Part shown: positions 9,814 to 24,300 of the stretch, one piece after another
Layout of the letters: each line of letters opens with the position of its first letter
Numbering within the stretch: the stretch's first letter is position 1
Source: Malacoraja senta
Taxonomy: Eukaryota
Direction: 5' to 3'
Length of the DNA stretch: 64,000 bases
Assembly (NCBI GenBank): GCA_038087875.1
Contig: JAXLNO010000338.1
Location: 1 to 64,000 of the forward strand
Notes under the pieces: model-generated
Told to the model about the DNA's origin: nothing
The model's database searches: none
Seen by the model: the letters and a program-made list of their open reading frames with translations, nothing else
Made by a program: the position numbers and the translations under genes

Positions 9814-10500
9814 ATATCCGGCAAGATCGCCATAAATCCGGCGAGGTCGCCATATTTACGGCAAAGTCGCCACAAATACGGCAAGGTCGCCGTTAATCCG
9901 GCAAGGTCGCCATATTTCATGCATGTTCGCCACAAATCCGGCAAGGTCGCCATATTTCCGGCAAGGTCGCCGTAAATCCGGCAAAGTCGCAACAAATCCG
10001 GCGAGGACGCCATATTTCCGGCAAGGTCGCCATAAATCCGGCAAGGTCACCAAAAATCCGGAGAGGTCGCCATATTAACGGCAAGGTCGCCATAAATCCG
10101 GAAAGGTCGCCATAAATCCGACGAGGTCGCCATATGCCATCAAGGTCGCCAAAAATCCGGAGAGGTCGCCATATTACCGGCAAGGTCGCCATAAATCCGG
10201 CAAGGTCGCCATAAATCCGGCGAGGTCGCCATATGTCCATCAAGGTCGCCACAAATTCGGCGACGTCGCCATATTTCCGGCAAAGTCGCCATATATCCGG
10301 CAAGGTCGCCATAAATCCGGCCAGGTCGCTATATTTCCGGCAAAGTCGCCACAAATCCGGCAAGGTCGCTATAAATCCGGCAAGGTCGTCATAAATCCCG
10401 CAAGTTCGCCACAAATCCGGCAAGATCGCCATATTTCCTGCAAGGTCGCCGTAAATCCGGCAAGGTCGCAACAAATCCGGCGAGGACGCCATATTTCCGC

Positions 10501-12960
10501 CAAGGTCGCCATAAATCCGGCAAGGTCGCCAAAATCCCGGAGAGGTCGCCATATTACAGGCAAGGTCGCCATAAATCCGGCAAGGACGCCATAAATCCGG
10601 CGAGGTCGCCATATGTCCATCAAGGTCGCCATAAATCCGGCAAGGTAGCCACAAATCCGGCATGGTCGCCATATTTCCGGCAAGGTCGCCACAAATCAGG
10701 CAAGGTCACCATATTTCCGGCAAGTTCGCCAGAAATCCGGCAAGGTCGCCACAAATCCGGCAAGATCGCCATATTTCCTGCAAGGTCGCCACAAATCCGG
10801 CAAGGTCGCCACAAATCCGGCGAGGTCGCCATATTTCCGGCAAAGTCGCCATATATCCGGCGAGGTCTCCATATTTCCGGCAAGGCCGCCATTTATCCGG
10901 CAAGGTCGCAATAAATTCGGCGAGGTCGCCATATTTCCGGCAAGGTCGTCACAAATCCGGCAAGGTCGCCATAAATCCGGCAAGGTCGCCAGAAATCCAG
11001 CAAGGTCGCCATAAATCCAGCAAGGTCGCCACAAATCCGGCAAGGTCGCCATATTTCCGGCAAGGTCGCATTATTTCCGGCACGGTCGCCATAAATCCGG
11101 CGAGGTCGCCATAAATCCGGCAAGGTCATCAGAAATCCGGCAACGTCGCCATATTTCCGGCAAGATCGCCATATAGCCGGCAAAGTCGCCACAAACCCGG
11201 CAAGGTCGCCATATGTCCGACAAAGTCGCCATAAATCCGGCTAGGTCGCCACAAATCCGGCAAGGTCGCAATATTTCCATCAAGGTCGCCATATATCCGG
11301 CAAGGTCGCCACAAATCCGGCAATGTCGCCATATTTCCGGCAAGGTCGCCATATTTACGTCAAGGTCGCCATATATCCGGCAAGGTCGCCATAAATCCGG
11401 CAAGGTCGCCATATTTCCGGCAAGGTCGCCATAAATCCGGCAAGGTCGCAATAAATCCGGCGAGGTCGGCATATTTCCGGCAAGGTCGCCACAAATCCGG
11501 CAAGGTCGCCATAAATCCGGCAAGGTCGCCAGAAATCCAGCAAGGTCGCCATATTTCCGGCAAGGTCGCCATAAATCCGGCGAGGTCGCCATATTTCCGG
11601 CAAGGTCGCCATAAATCCGGCGAGGTCGCCATATTTCCGGCAAGGTCGCCATATTTCCGGCAAGTTCGATACAAATTCTGCGAGGTCGCCATATTTCCGG
11701 CAAGGTCACCATATATCCGGCAAGGTCGCCATAAATCCGGCGAGGTCGCCATATTTCCGGCAAGGTCGCCATAAATCCGGCAAGGTCGCCAAAATCCCGG
11801 AGAGGTCGCCATATTACAGGCAAGGTCGCCATAAATCCGGCAAGGACGCCATAAATCCGGCGAGGTCGCCATATGTCCATCAAGGTCGCCATAAATCCGG
11901 CAAGGTAGCCACAAATCCGGCATGGTCGCCATATTTCCGGCAAGGTCGCCAGAAATCCGGCAAGGTCGCCATATTTCCGGCAAGTTCGCCAGAAATCCGG
12001 CAAGGTCGCCACAAATCCGGCAAGATCGCCATATTTCCTGCAAGGTCGCCACAAAACCGGCAAGGTCGCCACAAATCCGGCGAGGTCGCCATATTTCCGG
12101 CAAAGTCGCCATATATCCGGCGAGGTCTCCATATTTCCGGCAAGGCCGCCATTTATCCGGCAAGGTCGCAATAAATTCGGCGAGGTCGCCATATTTCCGG
12201 CAAGGTCGTCACAAATCCGGCAAGGTCGCCATAAATCCGGCAAGGTCGCCAGAAATCCAGCAAGGTCGCCATAAATCCAGCAAGGTCGCCACAAATCCGG
12301 CAAGGTCGCCATATTTCCGGCAAGGTCGCATTATTTCCGGCACGGTCGCCATAAATCCGGCGAGGTCGCCATAAATCAGGCAAGGTCATCAGAAATCCGG
12401 CAACGTCGCCATATTTCCGGCAAGATCGCCATATATCCGGCAAAGTCGCCACAAACCCGGCATGGTCGCCATATGTCCGACAAAGTCGCCATAAATCCGG
12501 CAAGGTCGCCACAAATCCGGCAAGGTCGCAATATTTCCGGCAAGGTCGCCATATTTACGTCAAGGTCGCCATATATCCGGCAAGGTCGCCATAAATCCGG
12601 CAAGGTCGCCATACTTCCGGCAATGTCGCCATAAATCCGGCAAGGTCGCAATAAATCCGGCGAGGTCGGCATATTTCCGGCAAGGTCGCCACAAATCCGG
12701 CAAGGTCGCCATAAATCCGGCAAGGTCGCCAGAAATCCAGCAAGGTCGCCATATTTCCGGCAAGGTCGCCATAAATCCGGCGAGGTCGCCATATTTCCGG
12801 CAAGATCGCCATAAATCCGGCGAGGTCGCCATATTTCCGGCAAGGTCGCCATATTTCCGGCAAGTTCGATACAAATTCTGCGAGGTCGCCATATTTCCGG
12901 CAAGGTCGCCATATATCCGGCAAGGTCGCCATAAATCCGGCGAGGTCGCCATATTTCCGG
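10501..12960. repeat. Tandem duplication, 1260-bp (63-monomer) period
   Basis: Marker AAAATCCCGGAGAGG monomers at 10521 and 11781. Matching ORF translations are offset by 1260 (10662 vs 11922). The offset drops to 1200 after a 3-monomer deletion near 12540. Confidence 0.88.
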
Positions 12961-15040
12961 CAAAGTCGCCACAAATCCGGCAAGGTCGCCATATTTCCTG
13001 CATGTTCGCCACAAATCCGGCAAGGTCGCCATATTTCCGGCAAGGTCGCCGTAAATCCGGCAAGGTCGCAACAAATCCGGCGAGGACGCCATATTTCCGG
13101 CAAGGTCGCCATAAATCCGGCAAGGTCGCCAAAAATCCGGAGAGGTCGCCATATTACCGGCAAGGTCGCCATAAATTCGGAAAGGTCGCCATAAATCCGG
13201 CGAGGTCGCCATATGTCCATCAAGGTCGCCACAAATTCGGCGATGTCGCCTTATTTCCGGCAAGGTCGCCATATATCCGGCAAGGTCGCCATAAATCCGG
13301 CCAGGTCGCTATATTTCCGGCAAAGTCGCCACAAATCCGGCAAGGTCGCCATAAATCCGGCAAGGTCGTCATAAATCCCGCAAGTTCGCCAGAAATCCGG
13401 CAAGATCGCCATATTTCCTGCAAGGTCGCCGTAAATCCGGCAAGGTCGCAACAAATCCGGCGACGACGCCATATTTCCGGCAAGGTCGCCATAAATCCGG
13501 CCAGGTCGCTATATTTCCGGAGAGGTCGCCATATTACAGGCAAGGTCGCCATAAATCCGGCAAGGTCGCCATAAATCCGGCGAGGTCGCCATATGTCCAT
13601 CAAGGTCGCCATAAATCCGGCAAGGTAGCCACAAATCCGGCATGGTCGCCATATTTCCGGCAAGGTCGCCACAAATCCATCCAGGGCGCCATAATTTCGG
13701 CAAGGTCGCCATAAATCAGGCAAAGTCGCCACAAATCCGGCAAGGTCGCCATTTTTCCGGCAAGGTCGCCATAAATCCCGCAAGGTCGCCACAAATCCGG
13801 CAAGGTCGACATATTTTCAGCAAGGTCTCCATAAACCCGGCATGGTCGGAACAAAGACGGCAAGGTCGCCATATTTCCGGCGAGTCGTCATAAATCCGGC
13901 AAGGTCGCCACAAATCCGGCAAGGTCGCCATATTTCCGGCAAGTTCGCCAGAAATCCGGCAAGGTCGCCACAAATCCGGCGAGGTAGCCATATTTCCTGC
14001 AAGGTCGCCATAAATCCGACAAAATCGCCACAAATCCGGCGAGGTCGCCTTATTTTCGACAAAGTCTCCATAAATCCGGCAAGGTCGGCACAAATACGGC
14101 TAAGTCGCCATATTTCCGGCAAGGTCGACATAAATCCGACAAGGTCGCCACAAATCCGGCGAGGTCGCCATATTTCCTGCAAGGTCGCCACAAATCCGGC
14201 AAGGTCGCCATAAATCCGGCGAGGTCGCCATATTTCCGGCAAAGTCGCCATATATCCGGCGAGGTCTCCATATTTCCGGCAAGGCCGCCATTTATCCGGC
14301 AAGGTCGCAATAAATTCGGCGAGGTCGCCATATTTCCGGCAAGGTCGCCACAAATCCGGCAAGGTCGCCATAAATCCGGCAAGGTCGCCAGAAATCCAGC
14401 AAGGTCGCTATAAAGCCAGCAAAGTCGCCACAAATCCGGCAAGGTCGCCATATTTCCGACAAGGTCGCAATATTTCCGGCACGGTCGCCATAAATCCGAC
14501 AAGGTCGCCACAAATCCGGCGAGGTCGCCTTATTTCCGGCAAAGTCTCCATAAATGCGGCAAGGTCGGCACAAATACGGCTAGGTCGCCATATTTCCGGT
14601 AAGGTCGACATATATCCGGCAAGGTCGCCATAAATCCGGTCATGTCGCTATATTTCCGGCAAAGTCGCCACAAATCCGGCAAGGTCGCCATAAATCCGGC
14701 AAGGTCGTCATAAATCCCGCAAGTTCGCCACAAATCCGGCAAGATCGCCATATTTCCTGCAAGGTCGCCGTAAATCCGGCAAGGTCGCAACAAATCCGGC
14801 GAGGACGCCATATTTCCGGCAAGGTCGCCATAAATCCGGCCAGGTCGCTATATTTCCGGCAAAGTCGCCACAAATCCGGCAAGGTCGCTATAAATCCGGC
14901 AAGGTCGTCATAAATCCCGCAAGTTCGCCACAAATCCGGCAAGATCGCCATATTTCCTGCAAGGTCGCCGTAAATCCGGCAAGGTCGCAACAAATCCGGC
15001 GAGGACGCCATATTTCCGGCAAGGTCGCCATAAATCCGGC

Positions 15041-18000
15041 AAGGCGCCAAAATCCCGGAGAGGTCGCCATATTACAGGCAAGGTCGCCATAAATTCGGCA
15101 AGGTCGCCATAAATCCGGCGAGGTCGCCATATGTCCATCAAGGTCGCCATAAATCCGGCAATGTAGCCACAAATCCGGCATGGTCGCCATATTTCCGGCA
15201 AGGTCGCCACAAATCCATCCAGGGCGCCATAATTTCGGCAAGGTCGCCATAAATCAGGCAAAGCCGCCACAAATCCGGCAAGGTCGCCATTTTTCCGGCA
15301 AGGTCGCCATAAATCCCGCAAGGTCGCCACAAATCCGGCAAGGTCGACATATTTCCAGCAAGGTCTCCATAAATCAGGCATGGTCGGAACAAAGACGGCA
15401 AGGTCGCCATATTACCGGCGAGGTCGTCATAAATCCGGCAAGGTCGCCATATTTCCGGCATGTTCGCCAGAAATCCAGCAAGGTCGCCACAAATGCGGCG
15501 AGGTCGCCTTATTTCCGGCAAAGTCTCCATAAATCCGGCAAGGTCGGCACCAATACGGCTAGGTCGCCATATTTCCGGCAAGGTCGACATAAATCCGACA
15601 AGGTCGCCACAAATCCGGCGAGGTCGCCATATTTCCTGCAAGGTCGCCACAAATCCGGCAAGGTCGCCATAAATCCGGCGAGGTCGCCATATTTCCGGCA
15701 AAGTCGCCATATATCCGGCGAGGTCTCCATATTTCCGGCAAGGCCGCCATTTATCCGGCAAGGTCGCAATAAATTCGGCGAGGTCGCCATATTTCCGGCA
15801 AGGTCGCAACAAATCCGGCAAGGTCGCCATAAATCCGGCAAGGTCGCCAGAAATCCAGCAAGGTCGCCAGAAATCCAGCAAGGTCGCCACAAATCCGGCA
15901 AGGTCGCCATATTTCCGGCAAGGTCGCATTATTTCCGGCACGGTCGCCATAAATCAGGCGAGGTCGCCATAAATCCGGCAAGGTCATCAGAAATCCGGCA
16001 ACGTCGCCATATTTCCGGCAAGATCGCCATATATCCGGCAAAGTCGCCACAAACCCGGCAAGGTCGCCATATTTCCGACAGTCGCCATAAATCCGGCAAG
16101 GTCGCCACAAATCCGGCAAGGTCGCGATATTTCCATCAAGGTCGCCATATTTCCGGCAAGGTCGCCATATTTACGGCAAGGTCGCCATATATCCGGCAAG
16201 GTCGCCATAAATCCGGCAAGGTCGCCATATTTCCGGCAAGGTCGCCATAAATCCGGCAAGGTCGCAATAAATCCGGCGAGGTCGCCATATTTCCGGCAAG
16301 GTCGCCACAAATCCGGCAAGGTCGCCATAAATCCGGCAAGGTCGCCAGAAATCCAGCAAGGTCGCCATATTTCCGGCAAGGTCGCCATAAATCCGGCGAG
16401 GTCGCCATATTTCTGGCAAGGTCGCCATAAATCCGGCGAGGTCGTCATATTTCCGGCAAAGTCGCCATATATCCGGCGAGGTCTCCATATTTCCGGCAAG
16501 GCCGCCATTTATCCGGCAAGGTCGCAATAAATTCGGCGAGGTCGCCATATTTCCGGCAAGGTCGCCACAAATCCGGCAAGGTCGCCATAAATCCGGCAAG
16601 GTCGCCAGAAATCCAGCAAGGTCGCCAGAAATCCAGCAAGGTCGCCACAAATCCGGCAAGGTCGCCATATTTCCGGCAAGGTCGCATTATTTCCGGCACG
16701 GTCGCCATAAATCCGGCGAGGTCGCCATAAATCCGGCAAGGTCATCAGAAATCCGGCAACGTCGCCATATTTCCGGCAAGATCGCCATATATCCGGCAAA
16801 GTCGCCACAAACCCGGCAAGGTCGCCATATTTCCGACAGTCGCTATAAATCCGGCAAGGTCGCCACAAATCCGGCAAGGTCGCGATATTTCCATCAAGGT
16901 CGCCATATATCCGGCAAGGTCGCCACAAATCCGGCAATGTCGCCATATTTCCGGCAAGGTCGCCATAAATCCGGCAAGGTCGCAATAAATCCGGCGAGGT
17001 CGCCATATTTCCGGCAAGGTCGCCACAAATCCGGCAAGGTCGCCATAAATCCGGCAAGGTCGCCAGAAATCCAGCAAGGTCGCCATATTTCCGGCAAGGT
17101 CGCCATAAATCCGGCGAGGTCGCCATATTTCTGGCAAGGTCGCCATAAATCCGGCGAGGTCGTCATATTTCCGGCAAGGTCGCCATATATCCGGCAAGGC
17201 CGCCATAAATCCGGCGAGGTCGCCATATTTCCGGCAAGGTCGCAACAAATCCGGCGAGGACGCCATATTTCCGGCAAGGTCGCCATAAATCCGGCAAGGC
17301 GCCAAAATCCCGGAGAGGTCGCCATATTACAGGCAAGGTCGCCATAAATTCGGCAAGGTCGCCATAAATCCGGCGAGGTCGCCATATGTCCATCAAGGTC
17401 GCCATAAATCCGGCAATGTAGCCACAAATCCGGCATGGTCGCCATATTTCCGGCAAGGTCGCCACAAATCCATCCAGGGCGCCATAATTTCGGCAAGGTC
17501 GCCATAAATCAGGCAAAGTCGCCACAAATCCGGCAAGGTCGCCATTTTTCCGGCAAGGTCGCCATAAATCCCGCAAGGTCGCCACAAATCCGACAAGGTC
17601 GGCATATTTCCAGCAAGGTCTCCATAAATCCGGCATGGTCGGAACAAAGACGGAAAGGTCGCCATATTACCGGCGAGGTCGTCATAAATCCGGCAAGGTC
17701 GCCACAAATGCGGCGAGGTCGCCTTATTTCCGGCAAAGTCTCCATAAATCCGGCAAGGTCGGCACCAATACGGCTAGGTCGCCATATTTCCGGCAAGGTC
17801 GACATAAATCCGACAAGGTCGCCACAAATCCGGCGAGGTCGCCATATTTCCTGCAAGGTCGCCACAAATCCGGCAAGGTCGCCATAAATCCGGCGAGGTC
17901 GCCATATTTCCGGCAAAGTCGCCATATATCCGGCGAGGTCTCCATATTTCCGGCAAGGCCGCCATTTATCCGGCAAGGTCGCAATAAATTCGGCGAGGTC

Positions 18001-21000
18001 GCCATATTTCCGGCAAGGTCGCCACAAATCCGGCAAGGTCGCCATAAATCCGGCAAGGTCGCCAGAAATCCAGCAAGGTCGCCAGAAATCCAGCAAGGTC
18101 GCCACAAATCCGGCAAGGTCGCCATATTTCCGGCAAGGTCGCATTATTTCCGGCACGGTCGCCATAAATCAGGCGAGGTCGCCATAAATCCGGCAAGGTC
18201 ATCAGAAATCCGGCAACGTCGCCATATTTCCGGCAAGATCGCCATATATCCGGCAAAGTCGCCACAAACCCGGCAAGGTCGCCATATTTCCGACAGTCGC
18301 CATAAATCCGGCAAGGTCGCCACAAATCCGGCAAGGTCGCGATATTTCCATCAAGGTCGCCATATTTCCGGCAAGGTCGCCATATTTACGGCAAGGTCGC
18401 CATATATCCGGCAAGGTCGCCATAAATCCGGCAAGGTCGCCATATTTCCGGCAAGGTCGCCATAAATCCGGCAAGGTCGCAATAAATCCGGCGAGGTCGC
18501 CATATTTCCGGCAAGGTCGCCACAAATCCGTCAAGGTCGCCATAAATCCGGCAAGGTCGCCAGAAATCCAGCAAGGTCGCCATATTTCCGGCAAGGTCGC
18601 CATAAATCCGGCGAGGTCGCCATATTCCTGGCAAGGTCGCCATTAATCCGGCGAGGTCGTCATATTTCCGGCAAGGTCGCCATATATCCGGCAAGGCCGC
18701 CATAAATCCGGCGAGGTCGCCATATTTCCGGCAAGGTCGCAACAAATCCGGCGAGGACGCCATATTTCCGGCAAGGTCGCCATAAATCCGGCAAGGCGCC
18801 AAAATCCCGGAGAGGTCGCCATATTACAGCCAAGGCCGCCATAAATTCGGCAAGGTCGCCATAAATCCGGCGAGGTCGCCATATGTCCATCAAGGTCGCC
18901 ATAAATCCGGCAATGTAGCCACAAATCCGGCATGGTCGCCATATTTCCGGCAAGGTCGCCACAAATCCATCCAGGGCGCCATAATTTCGGCAAGGTCGCC
19001 ATAAATCAGGCAAAGTCGCCACAAATCCGGCAAGGTCGCCATTTTTCCGGCAAGGTCGCCATAAATCCCGCAAGGTCGCCACAAATCCGGCAAGGTCGAC
19101 ATATTTCCAGCAAGGTCTCCATAAATCCGGCATGGTCGGAACAAAGACGGCAAGGTCGCCATATTACCGGCGAGGTCGTCATAAATCCGGCAAGGTCGCC
19201 ATATTTCCGGCAAGTTCGCCAGAAATCCAGCAAGGTCGCCACAAATGCGGCGAGGTCGCCTTATTTCCGGCAAAGTCTCCATAAATCCGGCAAGGTCGGC
19301 ACCAATACGGATAGGTCGCCATATTTCCGGCAAGGTCGACATAAATCCGACAAGGTCGCCACAAATCCGGCGAGGTCGCCATATTTCCTGCAAGGTCGCC
19401 ACAAATCCGGCAAGGTCGCCATAAATCCGGCGAGGTCGCCATATTTCCGGCAAAGTCGCCATATATCCGGCGAGGTCTCCATATTTCCGGCAAGGCCGCC
19501 ATTTATCCGGCAAGGTCGCAATAAATTCGGCGAGGTCGCCATATTTCCGGCAAGGTCGCCACAAATCCGGCAAGGTCGCCATAAATCCGGCAAGGTCGCC
19601 AGAAATCCAGCAAGGTCGCCAGAAATCCAGCAAGGTCGCCACAAATCCGGCAAGGTCGCCATATTTCCGGCAAGGTCGCATTATTTCCGGCACGGTCGCC
19701 ATAAATCAGGCGAGGTCGCCATAAATCCGGCAAGGTCATCAGAAATCCGGCAACGTCGCCATATTTCCGGCAAGATCGCCATATATCCGGCAAAGTCGCC
19801 ACAAACCCGGCAAGGTCGCCATATTTCCGACAGTCGCCATAAATCCGGCAAGGTCGCCACAAATCCGGCAAGGTCGCGATATTTCCATCAAGGTCGCCAT
19901 ATTTCCGGCAAGGTCGCCATATTTACGGCAAGGTCGACATATATCCGGCAAGGTCGCCATAAATCCGGCAAGGTCGCCATATTTCCGGCAAGGTCGCCAT
20001 AAATCCGGCAAGGTCGCAATAAATCCGGCGAGGTCGCCATATTTCCGGCAAGGTCGCCACAAATCCGTCAAGGTCGCCATAAATCCGGCAAGGTCGCCAG
20101 AAATCCAGCAAGGTCGCCATATTTCCGGCAAGGTCGCCATAAATCCGGCGAGGTCGCCATATTTCTGGCAAGGTCGCCATTAATCCGGCGAGGTCGTCAT
20201 ATTTCCGGCAAGGTCGCCATATATCCGGCAAGGCCGCCATAAATCCGGCGAGGTCGCCATATTTCCGGCAAGGTCGCAACAAATCCGGCGAGGACGCCAT
20301 ATTTCCGGCAAGGTCGCCATAAATCCGGCAAGGCGCCAAAATCCCGGAGAGGTCGCCATATTACAGGCAAGGCCGCCATAAATTCGGCAAGGTCGCCATA
20401 AATCCGGCGAGGTCGCCATATGTCCATCAAGGTCGCCATAAATCCGGCAATGTAGCCACAAATCCGGCATGGTCGCCATATTTCCGGCAAGGTCGCCACA
20501 AATCCATCCAGGGCGCCATAATTTCGGCAAGGTCGCCATAAATCAGGCAAAGTCGCCACAAATCCGGCAAGGTCGCCATTTTTCCGGCAAGGTCGCCATA
20601 AATCCCGCAAGGTCGCCACAAATCCGGCAAGGTCGACATATTTCCAGCAAGGTCTCCATAAATCCGGCATGGTCGGAACAAAGACGGCAAGGTCGCCATA
20701 TTACCGGCGAGGTCCTCATAAATCCGGCAAGGTCGCCATATTTCCGGCAAGTTCGCCAGAAATCCAGCAAGGTCGCCACAAATGCGGCGAGGTCGCCTTA
20801 TTTCCGGCAAAGTCTCCATAAATCCGGCAAGGTCGGCACCAATACGGATAGGTCGCCATATTTCCGGCAAGGTCGACATAAATCCGACAAGGTCGCCACA
20901 AATCCGGCGAGGTCGCCATATTTCCTGCAAGGTCGCCACAAATCCGGCAAGGTCGCCATAAATCCGGCGAGGTCGCCATATTTCCGGCAAAGTCGCCATA

Positions 21001-24000
21001 TATCCGGCGAGGTCTCCATATTTCCGGCAAGGCCGCATTTATCCGGCAAGGTCGCCACAAATCCGGCAAGGTCGCCATAAATCCGGCAAGGTCGCCAGAA
21101 ATCCAGCAAGGTCGCCAGAAATCCAGCAAGGTCGCCACAAATCCGGCAAGGTCGCCATATTTCCGGCAAGGTCGCATTATTTCCGGCACGGTCGCCATAA
21201 ATCAGGCGAGGTCGCCATAAATCAGGCAAGGTCATCAGAAATCCGGCAACGTCGCCATATTTCCGGCAAGATCGCCATATATCCGGCAAAGTCGCCACAA
21301 ACCCGGCAAGGTCGCCATATTTCCGACAGTCGCCATAAATCCGGCAAGGTCGCCACAAATCCGGCAAGGTCGCGATATTTCCATCAAGGTCGCCATATAT
21401 CCGGCAAGGTCGCCACAAATCCGGCAATGTCGCCATATTTCCGGCAAGGTCGCCATATTTACGGCAAGGTCGCCATATATCCGGCAAGGTCGCCATAAAT
21501 CCGGCAAGGTCGCCATATTTCCGGCAATGTCGCCATAAATCCGGCAAGGTCGCAATAAATCCGGCGAGGTCGCCATATTTCCGGCAAGGTCGCCACAAAT
21601 CCGGCAAGGTCGCCATAAATCCGGCAAGGTCGCCAGAAATCCAGCAAGGTCGCCATATTTCCGGCAAGGTCGCCATAAATCCGGCGAGGTCGCCATATTT
21701 CTGGCAAGGTCGCCATAAATCCGGCGAGGTCGTCATATTTCCGGCAAGGTTGCCATATATCCGGCAAGGCCGCCATAAATCCGGCGAGGTCGCCATATTT
21801 CCGGCAAAGTCGCCACAAATCCGGCAAGGTCGCCATAAATCCGGCCAGGTCGCCATATTTCCTGCATGTTCGCCACAAATCCGGCAAGGTCGCCATATTT
21901 CCGGCAAGGTCGCCGTAAATCCGGCAAGGTCGCAACAAATCCGGCGAGGACGCCATATTTCCGGCAAGGTCGCCATAAATCCGGCAAGGTCGCCAAAAAT
22001 CCGGAGAGGTCGCCATATGCCATCAAGGTCGCCAAAAATACGGAGAGGTCGCCATATTACCGGCAAGGTCTCCATAAATCCGGCAAGGTCGCCATAAATC
22101 CGGCGAGGTCGCCATATTTCCGGCAAAGTCGCCACAAATCCGGCAAGGTCGCCATAAATCCGGCAAGGTCGCCATATTTCGTGCATGTTCGCCACAAATC
22201 CGGCAAGGTCGCCATATTTCCGGCAAGGTCGCCGTAAATCCGGCAAGGTCGCAACAAATCCGGCGAGGACGCCAGATTTCCGGCAAGGTCGCCATAAATC
22301 CGGCAAGGTCGCCAAAAATCCGGAGAGGTCGCCATATTACCGGCAAGGTCGCCATAAATCCGGAAAGGTCGCCATAAATCCGGCGACGTCGCCATATGCC
22401 ATCAAGGTCGCCAAAAATCCGGAGAGGTCGCCATATTACCGGCAATGTCGCCATAAATCCGGCAAGGTCGCCATAAATCCGGCGAGGTCGCCATATGTCC
22501 ATCAAGGTCGCCACAAATTCTGCGAGGTCGCCATATTTCCGGCGAGGTCGCCATATATCCGGCAAGGTCGCCATAAATCCGGCCAGGTCGCTATATTTCC
22601 GGCAAAGTCGCCACAAATCCGGCAAGGTCGCCATAAATCCGGCAAGGTCGTCATAAATCCCGCAAGTTCGCCACAAATCCGGCAAGATCGCCATATTTCC
22701 TGCAAGGTCGCCGTAAATCCGGCAAGGTCGCAACAAATCCGGCGAGGACGCCATATTACCGGCAAGGCCGCCATAAATCCGGCAAGGCGCCAAAATCCCG
22801 GGGAGGTCGCCATATTACAGGCAAGGTCGCCATAAATTCGGCAAAGTCGCCATAAATCCGGCGAGGTCGCCATATGTCCATCAAGGTCGCCATAAATCCG
22901 GCAATGTAGACACAAATCCGGCATGGTCGCCATATTTCCGGCAAGTTCGCCACAAATCCATCCAGGGCGCCATAATTTCGGCAAGGTCGCCATAAATCAG
23001 GCAAAGTCGCCACAAATCCGGCAAGGTCGCCATTTTTCCGGCAAGGTCGCCATAAATCCCGCAAGGTCGCCACAAATCCGGCAAGGTCGACATATTTCCA
23101 GCAAGGTCTCCATAAATCCGGCATGGTCGGAACAAAGACGGCAAGGTCGCCATATTACCGGCGAGGTCGTCATAAATCCGGCAAGGTCGCCACAAAGCCG
23201 GCAAGGTCGCCATATTTCCGGCAAGTTCGCCAGAAATCCAGCAAGGTCGCCACAAATGCGGCGAGGTCGCCTTATTTCCGGCAAAGTCTCCATAAATCCG
23301 GCAAGGTCGGCACCAATACGGCTAGGTCGCCATATTTCCGGCAAGGTCGACATAAATCCGACAAGGTCGCCACAAATCCGGCGAGGTCGCCATATTTCCT
23401 GCAAGGTCGCCACAAATCCGGCAAGGTCGCCATAAATCCGGCGAGGTCGCCATATTTCCGGCAAAGTCGCCATATATCCGGCGAGGTCTCCATATTTCCG
23501 GCAAGGCCGCCATTTATCCGGCAAGGTCGCAATAAATTCGGCGAGGTCGCCATATTTCCGGCAAGGTCGCCACAAATCCGGCAAGGTCGCCATATTTCCG
23601 GCAAGGTCGCATTATTTCCGGCAAGGTCGCCATAAATCCGGCGAGGACGCCACAAATCCGGCAAGGTCACCATATGTCCAGCAAGGTCGCCACAAAGCCG
23701 GCAAGGTCGCCATATTTCCGGCAAGTTCGCCAGAAATCCAGCAAGGTCGCCACAAATGCGGCGAGGTCGCCTTATTTCCGGCAAAGTCTCCATAAATCCG
23801 GCAAGGTCGGCACCAATACGGCTAGGTCGCCATATTTCCGGCAAGGTCGACATAAATCCGACAAGGTCGCCACAAATCCAGCAAGGTCGCCAGAAATCCA
23901 GCAAGGTCGCCACAAATCCGGCAAGGTCGCGATATTTCCGGCAAGGTCGCATTATTTCCGGCACGGTCGCCATAAATCCGGCGAGGTCGCCATAAATCCG

Positions 24001-24300
24001 GCAAGGTCATCAGAAATCCGGCAACGTCGCCATATTTCCGGCAAGATCGCCATATATCCGGCAAAGTCGCCACAAACCCGGCAAGGTCGCCATATTTCCG
24101 ACAGTCGCCATAAATCCGGCAAGGTCGCCACAAATCCGGCAAGGTCGCGATATTTCCATCAAGGTCGCCATATATCCGGCAAGGTCGCCACAAATCCGGC
24201 AATGTCGCCATATTTCCGGCAAGGTCGCCATATTTACGGCAAGGTCGCCATATATCCGGCAAGGTCGCCATAAATCCGGCAAGGTCGCCATATTTCAGGC
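15041..24300. repeat. Higher-order repeat of ~1.5 kb (75-77 monomers), about 5 irregular copies
   Basis: The 1-bp-deletion marker AAGGCGCCAAAATCCCGG occurs at 15041, 17296, 18793, 20330 and 22784 (spacings 2255, 1497, 1537, 2454). 1537 = 77x20-3, matching one 1-bp and one 2-bp (CCGACAGTCGC) deletion per unit. Right boundary approximate. Confidence 0.85.
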
